From Yuukianura sp. NJ FZ-2021 (lineage: Eukaryota): a stretch of 64,000 nt of DNA. Made by a program: the position numbers and the translations under genes. Below the pieces are notes generated by a model that was not told where the DNA came from, made no database searches, and worked only from the letters and a program-made list of their open reading frames with translations. Positions 26,615 through 38,750 of this stretch are shown here, piece by piece (the stretch's first letter is position 1; every line of letters starts with the position of its first letter). The stretch lies in NCBI GenBank assembly GCA_046563655.1, contig CM102288.1, positions 4,092,001-4,156,000 of the forward strand, given 5' to 3'.

Positions 26615-29098
26615 ATGGCCAGAAAGAAGTTTTTGGACGAAGGAGATGACCAGCAAGAGAACGTCGGTATCAAAACCTATCAGAACAAAAAGAATCATTT
26701 TGCTTCAAGCCCACCGAGATCCGGGAGTGTCCTTGGTCTTGGTCTAATCAACCCGAGAGCAAGATCCAATCAAAAGTTGAATAATCCAAACAACAGTTCA
26801 TCACTCACTACAGAGGACTCTCTTTACTCTGTTATCAAGCAGTTGTCAAATGATGGACTCACGATTAGAGAAATGCCAGGAGATGGGTAAGTTAAACTGA
26901 AATTGAACCGAGTTGAGTTCAGTGATTTAAGAAGGAATCACACATGGCAACGGTGGGTCTCGTTTCGGCTCAAATTAATTAACTTTAGGGTCCTATAAGT
27001 ATTCACAGGAATAACGCAGAAATGTGTATGAGGACTCTAAAAATTCGTTATTATCAGTAGAATAAGTTATATTTCTCAGAATTTGCCTTTTTGTTCTGGA
27101 ATGAGGTTAAAAATTGCATACAACGTTTATTTTTTTCTAAGCCTGTTATGATACAAAAATTCGAGAATTTGGTAAATATAACTTATGTGCCATGGTCTTT
27201 CGGATTTTTAGACACCTCAAACGCATTTTTAGGTCTTATAATAAAAAAGTTATAAGACAAAACAGATGTAATTCTGACATTATTCAACAATTTGCAGATA
27301 TCGGCACTGAATTCAACCGTCTCCATGGGCACAAAGTTGTTGTTGAACCCATGGTTGTTTGAATTACTATCCTACGAAAAACTTTGGTTTGTCAACCATT
27401 GGAAACAGTGCCGACTTTTGCAAGTTTGAGCAGTGATGTAATGCTTATCTTTTTCTACTTTAGGAATTGTCTGTTCCGAGCTCTAGCTGATCAGCTAGAA
27501 GGCAACACCAGGAACCATATTCATCACCGAAGGGCTGTTGTGCAATACATGCGAGAGAATCGGTCTGATTTTGAGCCCTTTGTAGAAGATGACCAACCAT
27601 TTGATAAATACGGTAAGCCGAAATCCACTAACTTCTGATCGCTAATAGTTCTGAGATTTTAAAAATTGTTCTTTGTTACAGTTCAAAGCTTATCGCAGCC
27701 AGGGACATTCGCTGGGAACGATGCGATCGTAGCGTTTGCTCGCCTTTATAACGTTACTGTTGTAATTCATCAATTGAATTCACCAGCTTGGTTAATTCAT
27801 CCCACAACTGATGGTCGTACAGTTTCCAGTGGACGTGAAGTTCACATCGCCTATCACAATGGTAAGACAAAACCAGTTCCTTTGTTATATCTTAGATCCC
27901 TAATTAACAAATCTTTGAATCCACAGGGGATCACTACAACAGCGTTCGAAAGATCGGAGATGACTCAGATGCCCCATCCGAGATTCGCTTAATTTCCCAA
28001 GTAAGTTGACAGCTTTACTTTTAAACACGAAACTCTCAAAGTGAAGAAATTAAATACTTTGCTTATTGCAGCAGGAACCTGTACACAATAGCAAACCGAC
28101 CAAAAATTCCAAAACTAAACTCGGCACAACGAACTCCAAGAATCACCATTCACCTACCATGAAGTCCAGCACGGTCACAAGTGACCAGTCCAAGTCACCT
28201 GATCTACTCTTCAATGATAATCACTATGACTACTGGGTCACTGACACGGGAGATATTGACCATTTAGTGGACAGAATTGTCCGAGAAACATGCTACCCCG
28301 ATCCAATGATCGTTCGTCAGGCTCTCGTGGAATTCAACTTTGACATGTCCGTCACTTTGAACTTCATCCTGTCCATGGTCTTGTCTCAAACTGACACGAA
28401 TGAACCACCGCCCCAACCTACTCCAGTTACCGTTAGTCCTCTAGTGAATCAAGAAGTGGAATCACTCGCTCTGAACAAAGACAAAGTTCTTCTTGATCTC
28501 GACACTGGAATTGGAGTCTCCAAAAGTCTTTCTGACGCTGCCGTTGGTTCTCCTGATAGTAAGGAAGCAGAAGCGATTCAAACCGTTGTTGTCGATCCAG
28601 TTCAAAATCCTTCGACTGCTCCAACACCTCCTCCGCCAGAGCCGCAGTTGGAATCGTTAGGTACAATTTCCGCACAGAAAACCAAAACATTTGTTAGTCA
28701 AATATTAGTTTCTTATTTTTTCTCAAAATCTGCTTTATATCTGAAGATGTTCCATGTTTTAAAATACTTCATTTTTCTAGAAAGTTCTACAACGGAAGAT
28801 GAGGATGTTGAGAATGAAATATCGAACACAACTCCAACAAAGGTTTGAAATTTTTTTTTATCGATTTTGTGATTTAGTTGAGTTGAATTTTCGTAAAAGG
28901 CTAGAACGTTTTTGTTTTTGTTGAATTTAGGCGAAACTGTCGAATCGTCAGAAAGACCAGAAGAAGAAACAAGATCGGAAGCGCAGGAATTTGGAGCGGC
29001 GTGCTAAAGCGATGAGCAGTTCGACTGTGACCTGTTCAGAATCTGCTTCTTCCTCATCGTCATCGTCATCAAGTGGACTCCGAAGTCTCAACATTTGA
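26615..29098 (+). CDS. OTUD3: OTU domain-containing deubiquitinase, OTUD3-like
   Basis: Exons 26615-26886, 27464-27612, 27682-27861, 27927-28000, ~28072-28660, 28781-28842, 28931-29098. Cys box [34 protein letters not shown], His box [16 protein letters not shown]-like segment ([17 protein letters not shown]), basic tail KKKQDRKRR and C-terminal LNI*. Confidence 0.92.
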
Positions 29099-29732
29099 TC
29101 CAAGAAGAGACGTTTATTAATGAGGAAGAAATGCACTTACTTGAAGCTACAAACTCCTTACTATTACACAATTTAGCTTTCTAATTTCTCAAGTCATTCT
29201 CGTCACTCAAACAGAAAGAGCGAAGCCTTTAGTCCAATGTGCTTCCTTCCGAATTGCTTATCAAAAGTAATCTATTTTTACCGGATCACTTGAGACTTCT
29301 TTGTTCCTTGTCTAAATTCCCAAGTTCTGCTGCTCCAAATTCTAAAAACACTTTCACCATCCACACTTTCCTGTCTAAAATTCTGGAAAAATTGGTCGGT
29401 GGGACTGTGATAAAGTGTGGACATGGAGCACTTTGCTTAGGCTAACCTTAGCCTAACAGTTGAGTTGTGTAGAATGTTTGGTTTTTTTTTCTGGAAATGT
29501 GTCAAATTGTCGTGAAAACTAAAGTTTTAGTCCCACCTGCTGCTACTATAACTTTAAATTACAACTTAACATTTAATTGTAACAACTTAATTAGTCATAA
29601 TACTTAACAATTAATTCAATTAAGTAAAGCTAAAACTAGGATTCAAAATTAAATCCTGCTCATTATGTGGAGAGACATATTGCAATTCAGCTTGAGATTT
29701 AAGTTTTTCTTTGAAAAGGTCACAGGTCAAGG

Positions 29733-31904
29733 TCAACATGATGAGTTTGAAGTTGAACTCGTGTCACTGTAAACTTCCTCTTCTTCGTCTTCTTCGATCA
29801 TGTCAATACTAAAAGGACTTAGGATGTCATTCTTGATTTTTGTCAAAGAGTCATGGAGAGCACTGAAGTCTGGACGTGACTTCGGATCCAATTCCCAACA
29901 ACTTTGCATCACTTCATATCTAATTTAATGTAAGAAATTAATCAATTACTTAATTACTTTTGAGTTAGTAATTGGTTAATTAATTTACATTTTTTGTGTT
30001 GCATGTTCAGGTCGGGGAGGACGCATGCCTGCCTTGAGTTGATCTGCGAATTCTTGTGACCATGATTGTCCTGGATATGGGATTTCTGCAAGACTGAAAA
30101 TTTCCCAGAGTGTGACACCGAATGACCAACAGTCGGATTTGGGACAAAAAGTTCTGGAAGTCAAGGTCTCAATGGACATCCAACGCCAAGGGATTTGACG
30201 CTGCAAGGAAAATTTACTTGTAAAGCAATTTTAAATTTCCAAAATTCAAATTTCAAAAAGAAAATTTCAAAATCCTGACCTCTGTATTTTGGATGTGGTA
30301 TTCAGTTTGTTTTATGAGATGTTTGGAGAGACCAAAATCTGAAATTTTGGCTACGTCTTTTCTGTAGAGCAAGACGTTGCGACAAGCGAGGTCACCGTGA
30401 ATCACTTTCTTAGACTGCAAGTGACCCATTCCAGAAGCAATCTGAATTGACCAATTGAGTAAGTCTTCTCGGGTAATCGGATCATTCGCCTCCGCTTCAC
30501 TGTCAATTAACTTTAATCAATTAACAATTAACTACTTAACTAAAGTTGTTTGGAAGTTGTTTACCTCGTCAACACTCCACCGCTGATGTAACTCGCTGGC
30601 AGTGTTGGATCTACGAAATAAGTTCGTCTTGTCCTCAAGTACTGTTCCAGGTCCCCTATGTCGCAGTACTCCCTGGCTATGTACAGTTGACCTGAACGAG
30701 GTCACACGGTTAACATTTCAAAAAATCAAATTTCAAAATTTCTTTGGGGAATTTCTTTTTTTGAAAGATTTTGTAACCTTTGTTGAGTCCTCTTGTCTGT
30801 GCTCCGATCAAGTTGACAATGTTTGGATGTTCTCCAATGTGAATCATAATTTTGAGTTCAGTTAGGAGGGCCTTGATGTGCTCATTACTGTCCGAAGTAC
30901 CCTTAGGTGTCTTCACTGCGACTTCCTTGCCCTTGACAGTCCCCTTGAATACTACTGCAAAGTTACCACTTCCAAGGATTTCATCTTTTTCTGCAAATAG
31001 AGCTCAATTTCATTACTAACTTTGACCTTTGACCTTAAACATTTTGAAATCTTACTTATTTTGAGATCTCCATCTTGGATTTCAAAACGCTTGTCGTAGG
31101 GAAGGTAGTGGAAATTTTCTTTGCTTGACCCATCACGACTGCGCTCAAGCAGTTTGCTCGCTTTTCCGGGTTCACCGTATTCAAATACATGAATTTCCTC
31201 TGCCGTGAGTCCATACTGAAAAAGTTGACATGAAATTTTGAAATTTTAATTCTGGGTTTCAAATTTTTGAGAAAAGTTTACCGCGTTGAACAGAAACTTG
31301 CGATAAATGACGAGCGATGCTGCCAGAATGATGGCCACGATGACAATGAAAATCGGTAGAACTGTTTCGAAGTTGAATTGTTCTTGACTTTGACCTTCCA
31401 AATGCACCACAAACGTTTCATTAGCAGAGTGATCTTCATGCCACGCTAGACAAACAAATCCACCTTCCTGAGTCACTGGATCCGGAAAATGCAACCGAAA
31501 CACGACACAAGTTTCGTCGGAGGTTACCGGATACTTGTACAGACTCGGGAATTCCTGTAATTCAAAATCTTCAAATATTTCTCATTTTGAATTTTGAAAT
31601 AATTTGAGTTTGATTTTGGAAAACTGACGCTTTCTTCGTAGAGCCAGTCGACATGTCCCTCCTCGACTCCCCGGACGACACAATCGATATACTGATCTTC
31701 AACTCCAGCTTGGAAAATGACGCCGCCCTCTGGCGCAGGGTCAATGACTATTGGCGGATGGTCACTACTGGTCAATGTCAAGTAGCGACAAGTGACAACT
31801 CTGCAGTAATGTGAAATCACAAGCAAAAATAGAACTGAACGCAGAATCCGCGTGAGCGACTTCACTCTTGACTTTTGTAAACGCAACTCAAAAACTACTG
31901 CCAT
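29733..31904 (-). CDS. Receptor tyrosine kinase, PVR/VEGFR/PDGFR-like, with a single Ig-like ectodomain (~555 aa)
   Basis: Exons 31904-31629, 31554-31282, 31215-31056, 30990-30778, 30691-30565, 30499-30280, 30200-29989, 29919-29733. Hydrophobic leader, C-x-W...G-x-F-x-C Ig pattern, TM VLPIFIVIVAIILAASLVIY, YLPYDKRFEI juxtamembrane, LGSGNF, VAVK, ELKIMIHIGEHPNIVNLIGA, HGDLACRN, DFG, PWRWMSIE, SDCWSFGVTLWEIFSL. Confidence 0.92.
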
Positions 31905-32628
31905 GTTTTTCCAAAGAAGCGATGTGAACTTGGTGCTAAATTTCTGCAGAACTTTGTGGATTACTCAACTGATTACGTGACGCATATCGCAACTAAACAC
32001 CAACTTTTCCAATTGGGCACGGGATCGAAATTTCGAAATAGATTTGACAATTTGGCAAAACATATTTGATTGAATTTTGAGCATGACGCTGTGAAGTGGT
32101 TGTAACCGATATCACACTTCCACCAAAGTTTGCAAGTTCCTATGCACTTAGACTTATCTACTTAGATTAGTATTGAAAAGTTATCAATCACTGGTCAAAC
32201 ATAGTTAAAGTTAACCTTTCAACCTTTACTAAAAAGTCTATTATTTGTCTCACATTAAGCTAAGTTTAGTGGTTAACTAACCTAATCCAGGTCAGGCTAA
32301 CAATGTTAGTTTAGGAACTCGGCTTCAATTAATTTCAGCAACATTCTGATCATGGGTACTTTGACCTTTGACCCAAAAATTGTTTTTAGAATTTTAGCAG
32401 GTTTTTAGTGACATAGACATATAAACTCTACATTAAACTTTGTTGAATGAAACTCTCATGGCGTGTGACCTTGATTAATTGCAAATGGAGTCGAAGCTAA
32501 TCATAATTTGAAGTGAAGAAAAATTTGCGACCCAACTAGAAACTACATTTAAAATTGTAGTTATGTAATTGTAATTAGACAATTTTGTAACTACGATTAC
32601 TATAAAGTTGTCTCCTCTGGATTTAAAT

Positions 32629-35600
32629 TTACTCTTCCCAAGTCCGTTCCTCTTTCGGAATCCAGATTTGATTTCGTCGCAGAGAGCCCAAGTTACGCTT
32701 GAATCCATCGTCCCCTTGTCGACTTACCTTGGAGTGGGGCATCCATCCTGCAATTTATATATAATAATTAATTAATTAGGATTAACACAATTAAGTAAAT
32801 TATAACTGACCTAGTCGAGCAAATGCTCCCACGTGACGCTTGTCCCACTGTGGACTAGACACATACCCACGAAACTCCCTCGGAAACCAACCACCTCGGG
32901 CTAAGTGACCTTGGATTTTGAAAAAAAAATCGCAAAATTTACGAAATTTTATTTTTACAAATTTCGAAATTTTGAAATCCAACTCACCCATGAATCGTTT
33001 CTCACGAGAAGGTCTACTCTCCAGTGACGCTTCTCCATAAGGAAACTCATCGCTAGGAAGTGTTTCAGCGCCCATCGGCTCCAGCGATTGGTCAAAAATT
33101 CCTTCCACGTCATCGCTGGATCCACCACTCTTCTTGTTTCGGAAGCCACTTCCAGTGTTGCTACTCGCAAGTGGACCTTGGCCAAAAAAGTACTTGCGCA
33201 GAGTCGGAGGAATTCCACGTTTGAAGCTCAGTGGCTGGCCAATTCCGTGCATCTGCGCATTGAACCTGTCCAGTTCCTCATGCGACGGTCTCCTCATGCC
33301 TGACGCTGCTGCAACTGACCCAATATGTTTTTTGGATCTACTGGGCTGAATGTCGCCTGACCATGCTGACCTTTGGAGGAATGTCAAAAGGTCATCGACT
33401 GACCCACCTCCGCTCTGCTCTTCGTTTAGAGTCATTTCCACCTCCGCAGAGGCCAAAGTGAGCTGGAATTGGTCCAAGGGGAAAGCATTAGTGGTTTTTC
33501 GACTCCATTAAAGCAGGGCAGAGTGCGTCAATTGATTAACTTTCTCCGAAGTCACTTGCATTCAAAAGACTCTTAATAGAACACACTTAGTAAATTGACC
33601 TTCCGAGGTCACATCAATCTTCTACTTTCATTCAACCTAGCTTTTCTGAAAAACTGTTTGACATTTTTAGAACACTTTGTTCAAGGTCTGTTCGTTCCTT
33701 GGAATTTGCTGAGGTTTTAAACTTGTTTACGCAGCATGAGCTTTCTTCTCTTATGCTACTAAAGCTCAAATTTTTCAATAAAAAAAAAGTAAAAGCGAAG
33801 CTAATAATTTCTCTTACGCGAGCAAATTCACGATTTTTAATGAAAATTTTGATCTGACAAAACTTTTTTGGTTAAATTGAAAGCTTAAATTTCATTTTGT
33901 TGTGGTTTAATTCCCCAGATTGTGGGTTTAGATGTTTGTAATCAAGCGCTCCATTCATTGGATCGCTGCATGAAGTGCTGCTGTAAGCTCTTCCTGTTAA
34001 GCGCTAAGCTTCGTGGGAAGGAAAGTGTTTGACCTGAAAGCGAAACCCAAAATTTCTGGGAAGTTGACCACTGCGTCACTTTTTACGACCATTTGGGGAA
34101 ATGGAGGGCGTGGGAAGTTTGTGTCTTGAGGAAAAGAAAAATACATGCCACATCATAAACTCTGCTTCATTTTTATGCGGAACTTTCACTTTTCAGCAGA
34201 AAGCCACAGGTGAGTTTTCTCCAAGTGGAGATTTATGATGTAAGGTTCTCCATGTTTTCAAAAAAAGTGAAAGCAAAGTCTAAAGATTTTTACGAAGATA
34301 AACCTCAATTTTATTACGGAACAAAAAAAGATGACTCCTACTTACTCAAAAAACTGAAACTTTTTTGTATTCTGCTCCTTAACCACACCCACGAACCAGC
34401 TTTTCCCAAGGGGCTCTTTCACCGTATCGCTTAAAACGAAACTTTTTGTTAAAAATTTTTTGAAAACGCCCTTGTTTAAATGAAGACATAAATCCAAAAT
34501 CAAATTTTGTTTAGAAAAGGTCAAACTTCCATTTTAGATCAACAGTCGATTAGATAGAAAGTTTGGCAGAGTTCCGAAAATTTGGAAATTTGAAAACTAT
34601 CTTGAAATAGTTTCTGGAAAGTTGAAACTTATGGCGCATCTAACTTGCAAAACGTCGATGTTAGCCTAACATTTAGCATTTAGCCTAACCTCACTCTAAC
34701 ATTTTTGAACCAGTGGGAGAAGTTTAATTAAAAAAAATAATTACAAGTTTCCAATTGCCCGCAGTGTTGTAAATAAATTATGAAATTCAAGACAGACTTT
34801 CTCCTCTGCTGCTTCCTAACTTTCACTTGGGTTTCTCCCTCAACAGATGAAATGCTTTCACTCTTTCTTTTAAACTTACAAATGAAAAGTGCAATGAAAC
34901 AAAGTATAAAGTCAAACGATCTTCAACTGTGAACTGAACATGATCCACTTCTTTAAGGTTATTTCCATATTTTTCCGCCCTTTGTTAAGTCTTCCTTAAC
35001 TTTCTCTCCAATTACAATTCACAGGCGGAAGTTTCTCCCACGCTTTTCCAAGACTAACGTCAAACATAAGTTCACTTTTAGGCCATGCATCAGTTCCTCT
35101 TCCTCCAAACACTCTGTACCCCCCACACAAATAAGAAACAAATTGAAAAGTTCAAAAACTTCCAATTCCGCTGGCCAACTTCCAAACTTTTCTAAACGCT
35201 TACAAAAAAAATGAGATTCGAAAACAAACTTTCTCTTTGTGAATTTTCTGTTTTAGTAGTGCAGATCGAGAGAAAATGAAAATAGTTTAGAAAAAAGAAT
35301 TTTTAGAATTTTTTGGAAAGTCTGCAAATTGAAATGCGCTTTGTGTTGCAAATCTTGTTTGAAATTGAATCGATTTTCGAGGGGTAAGTGATCTGGAAGA
35401 GCATCGTTGTTTGTTCATGTCAAATTGAGCGTCTTTTTCAATTTAAGTCTAAGCCTGAAACCACTTTAAATGTCTTTACTCAGCATAATCCGATGAGCAA
35501 TTTCTACTTTTTTGAAACCATAATTTTATGATCAAAGGAGAATAAGAGTACATTCCTGAATGCCAATTTATCTCTCTCAGATATTTTGCATTTGCCCAAA

Positions 35601-36256
35601 TTCATCAAAATACAGAAAAAAAAATCACATCTGCCAATGTCTTCGAAATGGAATGTCTGTAGCTTAAAACCTAAAATTGGAATCATCCAATTTCTGTAAC
35701 TTTTTATAAAGCTCCATCATGTGCGAAAGTGAAGCGTAGAAGCATACGCCCTCATTCACTTCATTCAAATTCCAAGTTTGACGCAAAACAAGCATTTCCG
35801 TATTGAAACATGAAACTGGTTCTGTGTTTTCTTTTTCTAAAACAGCGTTTTTTTTTCTTTTTCTTTTTTTCGAAAGTTTGAAATTGGAATTGAAATCTTT
35901 AATTTTGAATTAAGCAGAGAGTCGCTATGTTTTCGGGACAAAGCGGAAGTTGACCAGGGTTTGAAATAATTAAAAATAGCAGATCCGGAAGCAAATTTTT
36001 TAACAAGCCCGGAAATGAAACTCGGAGAAAAGAGAATGGCTTCTTTGATTCATTCATTCAAAAAACTAAAAATGTGAACTTTTCTAAACACGAAATTTTG
36101 ATTTTTTTAAAAAGAAAACCATGTAAAAATTTTCACTTTGCTGACCTGAGCCAGGAGAAAGAGAAGCGGCAGAATAAATGATTTCCGGTTTGCGGCGAAA
36201 AGTGCTTGACCAGTACTTGACGATAGGGTGCTTGACAAATCCAATTTCCCAGCCAT
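32629..36256 (-). CDS. Nplp1: Neuropeptide-like precursor 1 (NPLP1)-type prepropeptide
   Basis: Exons 36256-36146, 33462-32988, 32909-32811, 32747-32629. The signal peptide spans intron 1 (SFILPLLFLLAQ|LTLASA-EVE). Dibasic-flanked paracopies with the NPLP1-like x-x-G-[SAH]-x-A-R pattern: KK-HIGSVAAASGM-RR, KR-FMGHLARGGWFP, KR-HVGAFARLGWMP, KR-NLGSLRRN. Confidence 0.82.
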
Positions 36257-36818
36257 TGTTGATCTCTTGACCTTTGACCTGATGGACACTTGGAAATGAC
36301 AGGGGCTCAAAAGCCTAATGTCGTTCTGACTCTATTTAAAAGCGACCAGTTCAGTTGAAGAGAAAGCCACAAGTGGCTCGTTCCTCCTTGTTGCTTTCCC
36401 TTTTTCTCCAGCCGTGGGTTCGATTCCTCCCGCCCCCAACTTAGGAAGAAAAAGTTTAGAGTGAAAGCTTTCAAGAATCTGTTCCGTCCTTCCGTTTGTG
36501 GGTTGTGAAAGCTCAGTTGTGGCTTGCAGCAACAAAATGACAACCAGGCGCAAAGTACTAAAATTAACTTATCACTTCCGCACTCTCAGTTTAAACAACT
36601 TGCTTTTTGAATTTTCTAAAAAACTTTCTAAACCAAATTGAATGCAACACAACTAACAAAAATTGTTTTTGTTTGGTTTTAATCATTTCCAGTTTTGATT
36701 CAAAAGATGCTTGGCCTCATTCCAGTTTCTTTGTAAATTGAGTTCCCTTGTAATATTATTTTTGGCCTCAATATGTTTTCTTTTCTTAATTAACGTTTCT
36801 CTTTCATTTTGTGTTTTG

Positions 36819-38217
36819 TTAGTTTTGATTGAAATGCATCCATGTTCGGATTGCGGGAAGAACCGGAGGAATCCCGACGAAGAAAACCAAGACGAGGCCA
36901 AAGACCAGGAATTTCACAATTTTGCGCTTCAAGTCCAGCGGTGTACGTTTGGGTGGTGATGCCAGCCACTGCGTTCGTTCGAGGCTCAAGCAGTTGGGAA
37001 ACAGGCATTGCACAAGACTCCACAACATCCGCAGTTCAGAGTCAAAGTCCTAAAAAAATTCAAAATATTTTGAAACCGTTGTTCTCCAACATTTTTTAAA
37101 ATTGACAGCATCAGGCGTGAAATTAGATGCCTCCGTGAATTTCCGATAACCAAAAAGTGTCACTTTTGAAAAACTTTTTTTTAAATTTTGTTTCTTACAC
37201 AAGAGACGAGATGCGTCACTCCACGTCCAACGAAGGCCCACGATGCTGGACTCACCAAAGCCTTCACAATCTGGATCGGTGGCCATTGACTCTCCATGGA
37301 ACTTTTCTCTGTCAAGTACGCCAGGTCAAAGGGCACGAAAACGTCAAATCGCTTGACGATCACTCGCTCGTCACTTCCAGGCTGATGCATCTTCCAGAAA
37401 GTGTCCAGAGACTCCAGTTTGTTCCACATACACTTGCAGGTCTCCTGCACTAATGGACTGCCTGTTCTGCCAGCTCCGCCTGTTGTGGCTTCCAGAAGAT
37501 CCACACTGGCGAAAACCAGTTCAACAGTCTCCTCCAGAATGTCCACGTACTTGTAGGGGGTCTTGGAACAAGTTGCCATAGTGACGAGCACTGTATCCCC
37601 GGGACCAATGATTCCTTGGCGTTCCTCCATGCACAGCTTTTCAGGGTTCGACGGAAAGACCTTCAAAAATGAAGATTTTTAGAATTCTAAAGTAGAAAGT
37701 AGTTTTTCAAAATTCAGAAAATTCCGAGAATTAGGCGTACCTTGAAGACGATGTGACCAGGACCACAGTTTTCAATGTAAATTTGGGCTCCATAGACTGG
37801 ATGGTTGAAGTTGAAGTGTTTTTTGAAGGTCAAAGTAGGAGGGTTAACGTTGATGTGAGGAGTTTTTTCAGGATTCTTGGACATGCGCAGAGAAAGGTTC
37901 TGAGAATGCTTGGAACATACTGGCCTGCCGCTGTGTCCTCTGTAATGTCGCTTCAAATCCAGCACTTGCGGAGTGTCACCAGCATTCTGGGGTGTGCTTG
38001 TCACCGATTGGCGGGAAATTTTTGTCTGTTCGAGCCGCTGCTTCCGAAATTCGGTTCCCTTTTGATAGTTCCCGGGCATTTTGAAATTATCTCCAGCCGA
38101 ATGCCCTGCTTTACACTTGAGATCACTTCCTCCCTTGGGCATTTGGTTTGCCTCATTAGGCGGAATGTCTGCTGCTTTCTGTGGTTTAGTCACTTCCTGA
38201 CCTTTGACCTTGTCCAT
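36819..38217 (-). CDS. MSP (major sperm protein/VAP-like) domain protein with C-terminal transmembrane anchor
   Basis: Exons 38217-37741, 37660-37199, 37049-36819. INVNPPTLTF...IYIENCGPGHIVFK|VFPSNPEKLCMEERQGIIGPGDTVLV fits the MSP fold pattern. C-terminal hydrophobic helix IVKFLVFGLVLVFFVGIPPVL; disordered N-terminus. Confidence 0.7.
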
Positions 38218-38391
38218 TTCTACTTCAGAAGTGTCGGGTTCCTGTCAGTGTGTCAGTTGATTGCGTCTGTTCCTAAAAATTAGTCTACTTCTAAAACTGT
38301 TCAAAAAAATCGCCTACTTGCTCTCCTGCCTTTCACTTCCCTTCCACATTCCAGTTGTTACGTCAACACTTTTACAAACCTCGAATTTTTC

Positions 38392-38420
38392 GCCTAGCAA
38401 CCAATTTTTTGCCTAGCAAC
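38392..38420. promoter_or_regulatory. Two near-consensus RFX X-box elements upstream of the MSP-domain gene
   Basis: ttcGCCTAGCAAC (38392-38401) and tttGCCTAGCAAC (38411-38420), ~180-200 nt upstream of the ATG at 38217. Confidence 0.35.
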
Positions 38421-38750
38421 GAAGAACATCATTTTTTTTTTGAAATATGAAAAGTCTTCAGAAAAGTATTCTTCTTGTAATCGAAAAAGAATCGGGGAAA
38501 ATTTAGAAAAATGAAATTTATGCCACTGAATTTTTTTTTGTTCATGCGCTACACCCCACGCCCATGAAAATAAAAATCAGGTACGAAGATTTAACATGCC
38601 TCCAATATTATAATACGTTAAATATAGTATAATATATTTATATATTATAAAATATATTGTTAAATAGTATTTAAATTTTTAATAGAAGTAAATAAAGCCA
38701 GAGGATCGGGAAAAATATATAGGAACAGGAAGGGGTGGAAGGAGGGGGGA

